Source: an uncultured virus (IMG/VR IMGVR_UViG_3300034110_001129) (lineage: Duplodnaviria > Heunggongvirae > Uroviricota > Caudoviricetes). Taken from it: a DNA stretch of 64,000 bases. A program made the position numbers and the translations under genes. Location: IMG/VR virus record IMGVR_UViG_3300034110_001129. One strand, written 5' to 3'. The notes beneath the pieces are model-generated. The model ran no database searches. It was not told where the DNA came from and saw nothing but the letters and a program-made list of their open reading frames with translations. Shown here piece after piece: positions 50,341 to 59,928 of this stretch; the stretch's first letter is position 1; the number at the start of each line of letters is the position of its first letter.

Positions 50341-50351
50341 TTAAAAATCTC

Positions 50352-51323
50352 CTAAACTGTAACCATGTCTACTAATGTCAAACAATCATGAGACGAAACG
50401 TTTTCAATATCAAGCCCATATTGCTCAGCAAAGGCGATAAAGTGTTCGGATGGATAAGTAATAAGACTTTCTCCAAAGTAACGATTAAATGAACCAAAAA
50501 AAGCTTTATCCATGTCTACAATATTTGTAATGACAGTGACAGAACAAAGTTGCGTATTGTATCGTGTGTGCAAAACTACTTGTGCATTCAAATCCGCTTG
50601 AATAATCCCAAGAACACCTTTTAATTCATAAACAAAATAAATCATGTCTTGATTCAGTGATGATAATACCACAATTCTTTGGTGTTGTGTAAATTTGGTG
50701 AACCTAGCCAGACGAATACCTAACTCTGATTTAGACTCTACTTGCTTTTCAAATGCAATATCAGCATCCGCAAAAAAATAGATCGTATACATTTTTGAAG
50801 TCACTGATGAACTGACTTCATTATATTTATCCGCCTCAAGATAGTTAACAGTAACATGAAGATAACGATTCAATTTTGATGCATAAGTAAATGACATATT
50901 AAACTTAAAAGATACCGCATAGTCAAATCTTGATTTAATCGACAAAACTTGTTTAAGACTAGCATTCACTTTAAATAAAGGGTAATCAACAAAGTGCATA
51001 AATAGTTTTTCAAAATTATAATCATTTTCAAGAATTAACTTTCGAGTATCACTCATGGTTCTATAATCAAATTCAACTTTAAAGCTAGCGAGAATAGAAT
51101 GACCAACACAAACATGAATATTTGCTATATTGTTGACTGTTTTAAGAGCAGCAAAAATAAAATAATAATTTTGTCCGATATCAACTTTAAACAAAGGCGT
51201 CTTACTATTATTGAAAGCAATATTCATGGTTTCACTTGAAAAAACAGGAATCCAAAAATTAACGGAATTAAACCTTTTTTGGTTCACAGGTGATACTTTC
51301 TCTTGCAAATATTGGTAAGCCAT
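50352..51323 (-). CDS. C-terminal MxxV-tag family protein
   Basis: Ends PSEHFIAFAEQYGLDIENVSSHDCLTLVDMVTV. Confidence 0.8.
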   Translation of the reverse strand: MAYQYLQEKVSPVNQKRFNSVNFWIPVFSSETMNIAFNNSKTPLFKVDIGQNYYFIFAALKTVNNIANIHVCVGHSILASFKVEFDYRTMSDTRKLILENDYNFEKLFMHFVDYPLFKVNASLKQVLSIKSRFDYAVSFKFNMSFTYASKLNRYLHVTVNYLEADKYNEVSSSVTSKMYTIYFFADADIAFEKQVESKSELGIRLARFTKFTQHQRIVVLSSLNQDMIYFVYELKGVLGIIQADLNAQVVLHTRYNTQLCSVTVITNIVDMDKAFFGSFNRYFGESLITYPSEHFIAFAEQYGLDIENVSSHDCLTLVDMVTV

Positions 51324-52201
51324 TAGTAATCCGCCATATTAAGTACTTTGAAGTCATCCAGTGTAAGTTGACTTAAATTTAAATTGTAAGCTTTAACATA
51401 TTTCTCCAATTTAGGGGTTGGAGTCTTAATGATGATATTATTCACGTATTCAGTTATTTTTTTATAAATATTGTCATCACCTTCAATAGTTTCGTTAGTG
51501 TTTGCTGCAGCATCTCTAATCTGTAACACACCCGATTCATATTGCATCCAAATATACGCTTTTACTTTTCGGTCAAAAATATTAAATTTGAAAGCTTCAC
51601 TATCAATCGATTCATAAAAGAAAAACCAAGACAATGAAAATTTTACACCATCAAAAATCTCATGAAATTTACCAGATTTTTTATCTTTTGTCTCATAAAC
51701 AATGTTTTTCACATCATCATACAGGTAGGATTTATGTAAAAAAGAATCACCAGTTTTTACATCAAGTGTAAAATGTGTAATCCCATCAGTGACCTTTCTT
51801 CCAAATACAAGATTTTCTGAATGTTGTTTAAAATACGACAAGGCATTCTTGCACTGTTCTTCACTGACAAAGTTTAAATAACAAGTTTTCAATGTATTTT
51901 GAATTCTTTCGTTAATCGCCAAGGGAGCAATCCCCATTGCTAAACCCATTGAAGAACTATGATTAATGGAATATTTAAATGTAAATCCTGATTCTTTAAA
52001 TACAGTGGTGTATACATAGCGTTCACTATTAAATACAGGTTCTTTTTTACCAAACTTATTGGTTACATACAAAGAAGAATGGTGTTGAATATCAATAGTT
52101 ATTGTGCGGTCTGAAAGATCAGAACACTTATAACTATTATTGCCCATATCCTCAATATTGAAATTAAAGTTGGCATTAAGAAGTTTTATCTGTTCTGTCA
52201 T
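51323..52201 (-). CDS. C-terminal MxxY-tag family protein
   Basis: Ends PTPKLEKYVKAYNLNLSQLTLDDFKVLNMADY; ATG after GGAGA; promoter TTGCTT-N17-TATAAT at 52237-52265. Confidence 0.8.
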   Translation of the reverse strand: MTEQIKLLNANFNFNIEDMGNNSYKCSDLSDRTITIDIQHHSSLYVTNKFGKKEPVFNSERYVYTTVFKESGFTFKYSINHSSSMGLAMGIAPLAINERIQNTLKTCYLNFVSEEQCKNALSYFKQHSENLVFGRKVTDGITHFTLDVKTGDSFLHKSYLYDDVKNIVYETKDKKSGKFHEIFDGVKFSLSWFFFYESIDSEAFKFNIFDRKVKAYIWMQYESGVLQIRDAAANTNETIEGDDNIYKKITEYVNNIIIKTPTPKLEKYVKAYNLNLSQLTLDDFKVLNMADY

Positions 52202-52288
52202 GAATATCTCCAAATCTGCAATAACATAATTGCCCAATTATAGCAAAAAAGGACTAAAAAAGCAATCAATTTAAAATAAATGAACTCT

Positions 52289-53122
52289 TTAACAAGTCGC
52301 CATCTTAAAGGTTTGAAGATCTTCAATGGATAGTGTTGCCATATCAAACCCAAAATCACCCACATAATGAATGAGTTCATCAGTAGGATGCAAAGCAATA
52401 TGCCGAACAATAAAAGCATTCAAAGTATTACGAATATACTCAGGTGAACCAACAGCATTAATATGCTCTCTACTGGCTAGTGAAACATACAGAGAATGCT
52501 CAAAATAGGTTACAATCATGTTTTTTGAATAGCGAGAATATTTATCAAGAATCACAAGACTCTTGTCGTCAACTGACAAATAAAATTGAAAAAATGCTTT
52601 TGAATACGAAGTTGCTTCAAACAAATCTTTGAATTTTTCTGGTTTTACATCACTTCTTACATACAGCATATCCATAGCGGGATCATAGATAAAACTATTT
52701 GAAGGAACCGCTACACATCCATCCGTAATATAAGTCATTCCAACATGAAATGAAAACAAATCACCTTCTTTACTCATTTCAAAAATGGCTGAAATATTTT
52801 TGGCTTCAACGTCAAACCACTTGCGAGAATAAGACTCATCGACATAATGAAGGAAACAATTTTTCAAATCGTGCTCTATTTTTTCCAAAACAGTGAATGA
52901 CGGCCTATTAGTAAATTGAACATATCGCGTTTGATAAGTAAACTCAAATTCAGAATCATTAAAGACGATGACATACGTGTATTGATCTAATTTTTTTTCA
53001 ATCAATACAGTTCTGTCTGGAATGCTTGAACATAGAAAAAGATTGTCATTTAACTGTTCAATGACAAAATCTACATTGATATTGACTTTCAAAGATGGTA
53101 CAGTCATGGCTAAGTATCCCAT
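52289..53122 (-). CDS. C-terminal MxxC-tag family protein
   Basis: Ends PTDELIHYVGDFGFDMATLSIEDLQTFKMATC; N-terminal DRT.xI motif shared with neighbours. Confidence 0.8.
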   Translation of the reverse strand: MGYLAMTVPSLKVNINVDFVIEQLNDNLFLCSSIPDRTVLIEKKLDQYTYVIVFNDSEFEFTYQTRYVQFTNRPSFTVLEKIEHDLKNCFLHYVDESYSRKWFDVEAKNISAIFEMSKEGDLFSFHVGMTYITDGCVAVPSNSFIYDPAMDMLYVRSDVKPEKFKDLFEATSYSKAFFQFYLSVDDKSLVILDKYSRYSKNMIVTYFEHSLYVSLASREHINAVGSPEYIRNTLNAFIVRHIALHPTDELIHYVGDFGFDMATLSIEDLQTFKMATC

Positions 53123-53166
53123 TAAAATATTAGGACTATTATATCAAAAAAGAGCAATATAATCAA

Positions 53167-54027
53167 TCAATAATCGGCAATCAAAATCATTTGTAACTGA
53201 TCATTTGTCAATGTTTCTAGCTCAATATCATATTCTGCAAGATATCCCTTCATAGCATTAGAAGGTTCTGTTTTAATAACGTCTCTGACAATATCCAAAA
53301 CAATCGAACCAATGACATTCAAATCACCAGCATGATGAGTTATATTCCCAAAAGTATTATCATAGACATACAAATCATTACCAGAATAACAAAGAACAGT
53401 CCCCAATAAGCCATTATCAATAACACATTTAAAATTATTATTCGTTAACGATTCATAGATTTTAATTTTACAGGTGGTTAATTTAGCAGGATGGAAAACA
53501 TGATTAAAAATATTGTTGAGTTTTTCTTTTTTTAGATATACTTGTTTTTTAACACAATCAAAAATAAAAATCTGTTCATAAGTATAAGGAACATAGTCAT
53601 TTTCATTATATCGAGACATTACAACCGTAAAATAATAAACATTCGTTTCAACAGTGATAGTTTCACCGCTTTTTATTGATTTAATATATCGATCCTTACC
53701 CAAGCATTCTTTAATTGTGTTCACCATGCTTTCATCAACATAATTAAAAATACAATTAACAATGGTTCGCTCAATAACGGATTTAATGGAGTCTAGTTGA
53801 CGATTGTTTTCTTTGAAAATATTATATTCATAAACTCCCAAGGTCATGGTGTAGGAATAGCAATTTCGAGTATCTTTAAAGCGAGCATCAAATTGAATAC
53901 TGGTTTCATCGACAGCCTGAATAATCATGGTTCTGTCATCCATTTCACATTCGAAATAGAAATCGTCCACATTTTTCAAGGTAAAGGTTGGAGTGTAGTC
54001 TTTAAAACTAATTTCATTTTGGCTCAT
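53167..54027 (-). CDS. C-terminal tag family protein (variant, Ile at -4)
   Basis: Ends PSNAMKGYLAEYDIELETLTNDQLQMILIADY; paralog of the 51323 and 52289 genes. Confidence 0.75.
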   Translation of the reverse strand: MSQNEISFKDYTPTFTLKNVDDFYFECEMDDRTMIIQAVDETSIQFDARFKDTRNCYSYTMTLGVYEYNIFKENNRQLDSIKSVIERTIVNCIFNYVDESMVNTIKECLGKDRYIKSIKSGETITVETNVYYFTVVMSRYNENDYVPYTYEQIFIFDCVKKQVYLKKEKLNNIFNHVFHPAKLTTCKIKIYESLTNNNFKCVIDNGLLGTVLCYSGNDLYVYDNTFGNITHHAGDLNVIGSIVLDIVRDVIKTEPSNAMKGYLAEYDIELETLTNDQLQMILIADY

Positions 54028-54101
54028 AACAAAAAACCCTCAATATTTATAGCTGCCATCTTAGCAAAATATGAGAGTTTTATCAAGTAAATAACTTTTT
54101 T

Positions 54102-54932
54102 TTAAAAAATCATTTTATCAATCGCATGAACAATATTTGAAATATTAGATTTATAAAAACCTGATGAGTTGATATTGTTAACTTCAATGATTTTAGGGCC
54201 ATCGTCTGTAATCGCAATATCCAACACAAAAGCACGGTCAGGTTGCCAGATCTCCAACATCTTGTAAGCATACTCAACCGCTACTGGGTCAAGCACATCT
54301 GAAGTTGTAACCAAGTCACCGATTTTATAAAGACTACCCGATGCAATAAGGCCATCAACCACAAACAAACGGTATTCTGCCAAGATTTTCTTAAACGGTG
54401 AAACAATCACACTGGTATCACCGTGAAGGCCAAATCGGTCATTAGACGACGCCACTTGACCCAACCAGTAAATAAGGTTGTCAGCTTCAAACAATTGACC
54501 AGAAAAAGATTTAGTATCTTCTGATGGTCGAGCAAAGACTTTGTGTCGGCCAGCCGTAATTTTAGGAATAATATTGCTAACAGTGTCTTCAATGGCTTCA
54601 CCATTTAAAAGATTATCTTTACCCCAACCTACACACCATTTAGAAAATTCAAAATTCTCATTGATAAAAGAACCCGGTACCCAACCTTTTTCTTTTGCTG
54701 TCAATGCCAATGAGTAAGATCCCATAGTAACCATTTGTTTGTCATTTTCAATTTGAAGGCGAGGAATATCGTCTTCACTGAACTGATTGATATCGACATC
54801 AATATCCACAATGATATTTGAAAACGGAATCGTTTTAACCAACGAATGTTGATAGCCTTCATTACGCAATACAGCCATTAAAGCATTAAGCCCTTCATCT
54901 GTTTTTAAATTACCTTGAACTACCCAAAACAT
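54102..54932 (-). CDS. ATP-grasp domain protein (R2K/DUF4343-like)
   Basis: FARPSEDTKSFSG, EYRLFVVDG, FVLDIA, KIIEVNNINSSGFY. Confidence 0.8.
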   Translation of the reverse strand: MFWVVQGNLKTDEGLNALMAVLRNEGYQHSLVKTIPFSNIIVDIDVDINQFSEDDIPRLQIENDKQMVTMGSYSLALTAKEKGWVPGSFINENFEFSKWCVGWGKDNLLNGEAIEDTVSNIIPKITAGRHKVFARPSEDTKSFSGQLFEADNLIYWLGQVASSNDRFGLHGDTSVIVSPFKKILAEYRLFVVDGLIASGSLYKIGDLVTTSDVLDPVAVEYAYKMLEIWQPDRAFVLDIAITDDGPKIIEVNNINSSGFYKSNISNIVHAIDKMIF

Positions 54933-54943
54933 AATTAATTCTC

Positions 54944-55687
54944 CTAAATTTCAACCATCTCTTTAATCGTTATTGCCATCTCAATCCGATCAAGACCATC
55001 CATAGCTTCCTCAAACGTTGAACTATCATCGCCATTACAACGACCTATCCACTGTTGCAAAACAGACATTTCGTCAGGAATCGTATCAATGAACTCTCGA
55101 TGAGTAATCTTGCGATCCGTAAACCAAGGAAACTCAACACGATAATGAATATTGTCTTTAAACCCATTGATAGAGAAATGAATAATAGGACTAAGACTAC
55201 CTTTCTTTTTATGATAAATCAAGTGCGTATGAATATTCATAGCGTAACCCAAATATTCATGCGTCTCTTTATCGAAACAAATACGCAGGTTCATCGACAA
55301 TACAGTTCGATATTTACCACCACGATGTTTGATATAGCTATCAATCTGATTGATATACTGATCGTAACCCTTTTGAATATGTTCATAGACCTTATCTTCA
55401 AATCGTAATTTCAAACCATTTTCAATATAGCTCTTGACCAGATCAGGTTTTTTATACAGGTCGAAAGACAAAATCATTCGTTCAATGATTGAAAATTGCA
55501 CATGATAAGACGTGTTCAAATCAAAGTTATGAAAATACAGTGTAGCTTTACTATTAGGCGTTCGTGTACAAAAAGAACAACCATGATCAGCATCCCTCAT
55601 GAACTGAGAAGGGGGTTCAATAAAAGAAAATTGAGAGTTATTTCTAATAACATCCATAAATTCATTGTATGAATAATCAAATCGCAT
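54944..55687 (-). CDS. C-terminal MxxI-tag family protein
   Basis: Ends LDRIEMAITIKEMVEI. Confidence 0.75.
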   Translation of the reverse strand: MRFDYSYNEFMDVIRNNSQFSFIEPPSQFMRDADHGCSFCTRTPNSKATLYFHNFDLNTSYHVQFSIIERMILSFDLYKKPDLVKSYIENGLKLRFEDKVYEHIQKGYDQYINQIDSYIKHRGGKYRTVLSMNLRICFDKETHEYLGYAMNIHTHLIYHKKKGSLSPIIHFSINGFKDNIHYRVEFPWFTDRKITHREFIDTIPDEMSVLQQWIGRCNGDDSSTFEEAMDGLDRIEMAITIKEMVEI

Positions 55688-55899
55688 GAGTATATCCTCT
55701 AAAAAGATGCCTTATTATACACCATTAGGATAAAATTAACAATAAAAAAAAGCCACCTTACGATGACTTTAAAATATTACCACTTTACCACTAACAACAG
55801 CTACAACGTTTACAACAAAATACCTTATTATTATTGTAATATCTTATAAACTTTCATATCTATGAACCCATTACAGAAAAATACGTTTAAGTTTTTATC

Positions 55900-56091
55900 T
55901 TATTTTTGTATTTTAGTCGCTTCAACCTGAGCGGATGTTGCTACTTGAGCTTGCTGAGCATTATGGGCTTCCATTGCGACTTTCATGTGTTCGGCTGAAC
56001 GTTCGAATGTTCTGTCACCACCATCTTCTGCAAATGCAACTGATGACCCCAAAGCTAAAACTGCCATTACTGCGATTATTGTTTTTTTCAT
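55900..56091 (-). CDS. Small secreted protein resembling the Pseudomonas PtrA N-terminal domain family
   Basis: Signal peptide ending AFA then EDGGDRTFERS; 63 aa. Confidence 0.6.
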   Translation of the reverse strand: MKKTIIAVMAVLALGSSVAFAEDGGDRTFERSAEHMKVAMEAHNAQQAQVATSAQVEATKIQK

Positions 56092-56323
56092 GATTTATCT
56101 CCTAATTGATATATTTTGTTTGTTTATTTTCGAATGATTTCGTATCCACAGAATAGCACTTTAATTAAAAATAACAATATTCATTTTAAGCAAAAGACTT
56201 TCAACAAATATGGAATAATCAGTAAAAAATGCCTTAAAAACAACAACTTATCAACCTATTGATTTGATTATAGTTTAATGCAATAGTCACTATTATAGTT
56301 AGTGATACTTATATTTTAGGAAT

Positions 56324-56352
56324 AAAAAAAGCAGCCAATGTTGGCTGCTATT
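56324..56352 (-). terminator. Intrinsic terminator after gatB
   Basis: Minus strand AGCAGCCAA-CA-TTGGCTGCT-TTTTTT. Confidence 0.75.
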
Positions 56353-56369
56353 CTGTTAAGAAAGCCTTA

Positions 56370-57767
56370 TTAAACAGTCTTAATAAGCTCTGTTGCACGT
56401 TCTCTCACCAATGTAGCGGGTGCTTTACCCTTGGTTTTTGCCATAATTTTACCAATAATGAATTGAAGAACCTTTTCTTGACCCGATTTATATTGTTCTA
56501 CTTGTTGAGAGAACGCAGTAAAGGTTTCAAGCACAATAATATTCAAATCATCATCAGACATTAACTCAGGCAAGCAGTCTTTGATTTCTTTATCAGTAGT
56601 TGCCCAACGAATAACCGTTTCTTTAACCTCTTTGGCTTCCAATTTGCTACCAACCAAGAACTTAATCGTATCCACATCAATAGATCGGCGTTCACCTTCA
56701 ATGCGAGCACAAGCTTCTGGAAGCCAGAAGGCCAACATACGAATGAAGCGTTCCGACTGCATGGATTCATCATCCAACATCGCTAACCACACATCACGGT
56801 ATTCACTTTCCATCAAGGCAGCAACACTATCAATCTTGACTGAAAACTTCTCAAAAAACTCTACAAATTGCTGACGCACTGTAAAGTAATAGATATGTTT
56901 ATCGTCTCGAATAGATTTGAGCATATCTTGATCAAGTACAATGGCTGGAATATCAGGGTCTGGCATGTAACGATATTCATGAACCGTTTCTTTCTTACGC
57001 ATAGACTGAGTAGTTGTGGTCGATTCATCAAACAATCGAGTTTCCATATCAATCAATTTGCCAGCATCCAGCAATTCTGTTTGACGTTCAATTTCATAGT
57101 CCAAAGCAGCTTGCAAGAAACCAAATGACGAAATGTTTTTAATTTCAACACGAGTGCCTAAAACATCTGTTTTTGACAGAGAAATGCTGGCGTCAACACG
57201 AAATGAGCCTTCTTCCAGTTTGCCATCACAAATCCCTAAATACTTAACCATTTCACATACCGTTTGAGCATAAAGCTTGGCTTCGCGTGGGCTATGCATA
57301 CAAGGTGTCGATACAATTTCTAGCAATGGAGATGACCCACGAGACAAATCAATCGCTGTATATTCGGCAAAACGATCATGCAAGCTTTTGGCTGCGTCAC
57401 ATTCCAAGTGAGCATGTTCAATTTGTACATTGATCTTACGACCATCAAGTTCAATAGGAACAATCCCACCAATCATAATCGGTCTATGTTGTTGAGTAAT
57501 TTGATATCCTAACGCCAAGTCTGGATAAAAATAGTGCTTACGTTCAAAATAGCTGACAGGTGGGATTTCAGCGTCTACAGCAACAGCAAATTTCAAAGCC
57601 ATTTCAACAGGCTTTTCTGCTAACACTGGCAGCATCCCCGGAATACCAGCATCAAAATACGAGAACTCTTGTGCATCAAAATCACAAGCACTTCGGCTAA
57701 ATAGTTTGGAATCCGTTTTCAATGCAACGTGAATTTCCAAACCGATAGTTACTTTATATTCGCTCAT
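56370..57767 (-). CDS. gatB: Asp-tRNA(Asn)/Glu-tRNA(Gln) amidotransferase subunit B
   Basis: IGLEIHVAL, YFYPDL..GYQITQ, HLECDAAKS, PLLEIVS, EGSFRVD, RVEIKN, YRYMPDPD, C-terminal Yqey-like region. Confidence 0.96.
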   Translation of the reverse strand: MSEYKVTIGLEIHVALKTDSKLFSRSACDFDAQEFSYFDAGIPGMLPVLAEKPVEMALKFAVAVDAEIPPVSYFERKHYFYPDLALGYQITQQHRPIMIGGIVPIELDGRKINVQIEHAHLECDAAKSLHDRFAEYTAIDLSRGSSPLLEIVSTPCMHSPREAKLYAQTVCEMVKYLGICDGKLEEGSFRVDASISLSKTDVLGTRVEIKNISSFGFLQAALDYEIERQTELLDAGKLIDMETRLFDESTTTTQSMRKKETVHEYRYMPDPDIPAIVLDQDMLKSIRDDKHIYYFTVRQQFVEFFEKFSVKIDSVAALMESEYRDVWLAMLDDESMQSERFIRMLAFWLPEACARIEGERRSIDVDTIKFLVGSKLEAKEVKETVIRWATTDKEIKDCLPELMSDDDLNIIVLETFTAFSQQVEQYKSGQEKVLQFIIGKIMAKTKGKAPATLVRERATELIKTV

Positions 57768-57769
57768 GA

Positions 57770-59200
57770 TTATAGTCCCTTTCCATAAATATCAATTTCA
57801 AGTTGTGATACAGCATCAATTAACTCATAGTCTTTAAATTTCTTACCCACAAACTGCATACCAATGTTCAACCCATCTTGTGTTTTCTTCCACGGCACTG
57901 AAAGAGCTGGAACCCCCGCAAGACTAAATGGTACCGTCATGTAATCAGAGTAGTATACTTGGGCAGGGGTCATTTTATCAATTTCATCCCACTTTGGTGC
58001 AACTGTTGGACTGACAGGTAAAACAATGGTATCCACATCATCCAGAACCGATTGAATGCTTATTGTCAAAGCTTTACGCATGTTCCAAGATTTTTCATAC
58101 ATCACAGTGAAATTTTCAGCACTTAGAATAAATGACCCCAACATAATACGGCGTTGAACTTCGTCACCAAAAAACTTACTGCGATACGATGAAATAGTGT
58201 CCGCAAATGAATCACCTAATGGTTCTTTTGAAAGCTTTTCACCAAAGTAAACCCCTTGGTAGCGAGCAAGATTGGAGCTGGCCTCAGAACAAGCAATAAT
58301 GTAATAGATTTGAGCAGCTTGATCCATCAAATCGATATCCACTGGCACTAACACTGCCCCTGTTAATTCAATCTCACGCAAAGTCTCTGCATAAGCCTTA
58401 GCCACTTCTGGTTGAATGTCTTTACTGTCCAAAATATTTTTCAAATACCCAACACGAGTAATTTTCTTAGCTGATGGTGCATAATGCCCCAGCCCTACGG
58501 AAGTCATGTCTTGTTTATCTTTAAAAGAAAGCTGACTAGCGATAACGGTTTGCAGATCTTCCATTGTTCGAGTAAAGAATCCTGCTTGATCAAGTGACGA
58601 AGCATACGGAATCATACCAAAGCGTGAGAAGGCTCCATAAGATGGTTTGTAACCAACTACACCACAAAAACTGGCTGGAAGTCTCACAGAACCACCTGTG
58701 TCGGAACCCAAGCTAAAATCAACAATACCTGCCGCTACTGCCGCTGCAGATCCACCCGATGAACCACCGGCTGAACGATCAGGATGCCCCGGAATAGAAG
58801 TTTTACCCAGATAAGAAGTTTTAGTAAACGAACCCATAGCGAATTCATCCATTGCCAACTTACCAGCCATAAAACCACCTGCGTCTTTGACTGATTTCCA
58901 TACAGTGCTGTCATAAGGAGCCACAAAGCCATCAAGAATTTTGGAACCAGCAGTGGTTCGCATACCTTTAACACAAAAGAGATCTTTAACACCAACGGCT
59001 GCACCAGCCAAAGGTTTAGTTGGATCTTTTACCATGCTGTCACGAACGGACGCTTCTTGTTCCATTGAGGCAATGGTTTCATCCACATGCCAAAATGCAC
59101 CAGACGTATCTGATTTAATTTGTTTTTTGAGTTCTGCAGTGCGTTTAACCCAATAACCTTTAGTTTCAAGGCATTCTTTTGTTTTTGATTTAATACTCAT
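57770..59200 (-). CDS. gatA: Amidotransferase subunit A (amidase signature)
   Basis: GVKDLF, DEFAMGS, GGSSGGSAAAVA, GSDTGGSVRLPA, SSNLARY, EVQRRIMLG. Confidence 0.96.
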   Translation of the reverse strand: MSIKSKTKECLETKGYWVKRTAELKKQIKSDTSGAFWHVDETIASMEQEASVRDSMVKDPTKPLAGAAVGVKDLFCVKGMRTTAGSKILDGFVAPYDSTVWKSVKDAGGFMAGKLAMDEFAMGSFTKTSYLGKTSIPGHPDRSAGGSSGGSAAAVAAGIVDFSLGSDTGGSVRLPASFCGVVGYKPSYGAFSRFGMIPYASSLDQAGFFTRTMEDLQTVIASQLSFKDKQDMTSVGLGHYAPSAKKITRVGYLKNILDSKDIQPEVAKAYAETLREIELTGAVLVPVDIDLMDQAAQIYYIIACSEASSNLARYQGVYFGEKLSKEPLGDSFADTISSYRSKFFGDEVQRRIMLGSFILSAENFTVMYEKSWNMRKALTISIQSVLDDVDTIVLPVSPTVAPKWDEIDKMTPAQVYYSDYMTVPFSLAGVPALSVPWKKTQDGLNIGMQFVGKKFKDYELIDAVSQLEIDIYGKGL

Positions 59201-59215
59201 TATAATATCCTCTAA

Positions 59216-59497
59216 TTATTTGCTGATTACTTTGGGTGCTAAGAACACACCATCTTGAATGTTAACGGATTTGCTTTCTTTGGTTTTATCAAAGCAATAT
59301 TCACCATTAACCACATCATTAGCAAGCTGAGTAGGATTATTATGATTTTCAGGAATGGACGCAACATTAATCTGGTCGATAGAGTGTAGCATATCAACAA
59401 CACCATTAATGTCGTCAATCATGCTAGATTTTTTTGAATCATCAATTTTAAGGCAACTAAGAGCCTCAAGTTTTTCAATATCTATATGTTTTGTCAT
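59216..59497 (-). CDS. gatC: Amidotransferase subunit C
   Basis: 93 aa, first gene of the operon; IEKLEALSCLKI ... DGVFLAPKVI. Confidence 0.85.
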   Translation of the reverse strand: MTKHIDIEKLEALSCLKIDDSKKSSMIDDINGVVDMLHSIDQINVASIPENHNNPTQLANDVVNGEYCFDKTKESKSVNIQDGVFLAPKVISK

Positions 59498-59523
59498 GGT
59501 ACATTCCTTTATTTGAAGGATGT

Positions 59524-59552
59524 ATAATAGAGGATATCAACAATTAAGTCAA
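59524..59552 (-). promoter_or_regulatory. Promoter of gatCAB
   Basis: TTGACT-N17-TATTAT. Confidence 0.6.
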
Positions 59553-59577
59553 GTTTTTGTATTGTCTGTATTTTTGT

Positions 59578-59769
59578 AAAAAAAAAGAGGCCGAAGCCTC
59601 TGTAGCAAGAAAAATTGCTTTGTTTTCAAAACAACCAAGCCATTATTATTTTAAACCATCAATAAGCTTCGCTGAAAGGAATTTTTCAAACTGCCGGACA
59701 TAATAGACAAAAGAACTCTACGAATACGACATCAAATTAACTATAACATGGTATGATTTTTTTTGTCAA
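59578..59769 (-). ncRNA. Candidate ~150-nt small RNA
   Basis: TTGACA-N18-TATAGT (TGn extended) and UUCG terminator AGAGGCTTCGGCCTCTTTTTT enclose no ORF with an RBS. Confidence 0.45.
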
Positions 59770-59928
59770 CACTTAATATTGAAACATTTCAACAAGTAGT
59801 AAACGTTGCTTTTTCAAACGAAAAATTTCACTTTTAAAATAAAAGAAAGGCAAGACAATCACAGCATAATAAATAGCACTTATTGACTTAAAGAAAGTAT
59901 AACCTAAGTAAATGAATAATGTTTTCAT

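Noticed and set aside
54102..54932. ATP-grasp protein ending IDKMIF as a member of the tag family
   Set aside because: Met is at -3, not -4, and the acidic helix start is missing; treated as coincidence.
55770..55830. Short TACCAC / (T)ACAAC repeats downstream of the PtrA-like gene
   Set aside because: Only 2-3 copies of 5-6 nt in low-complexity sequence; cannot be told from chance.
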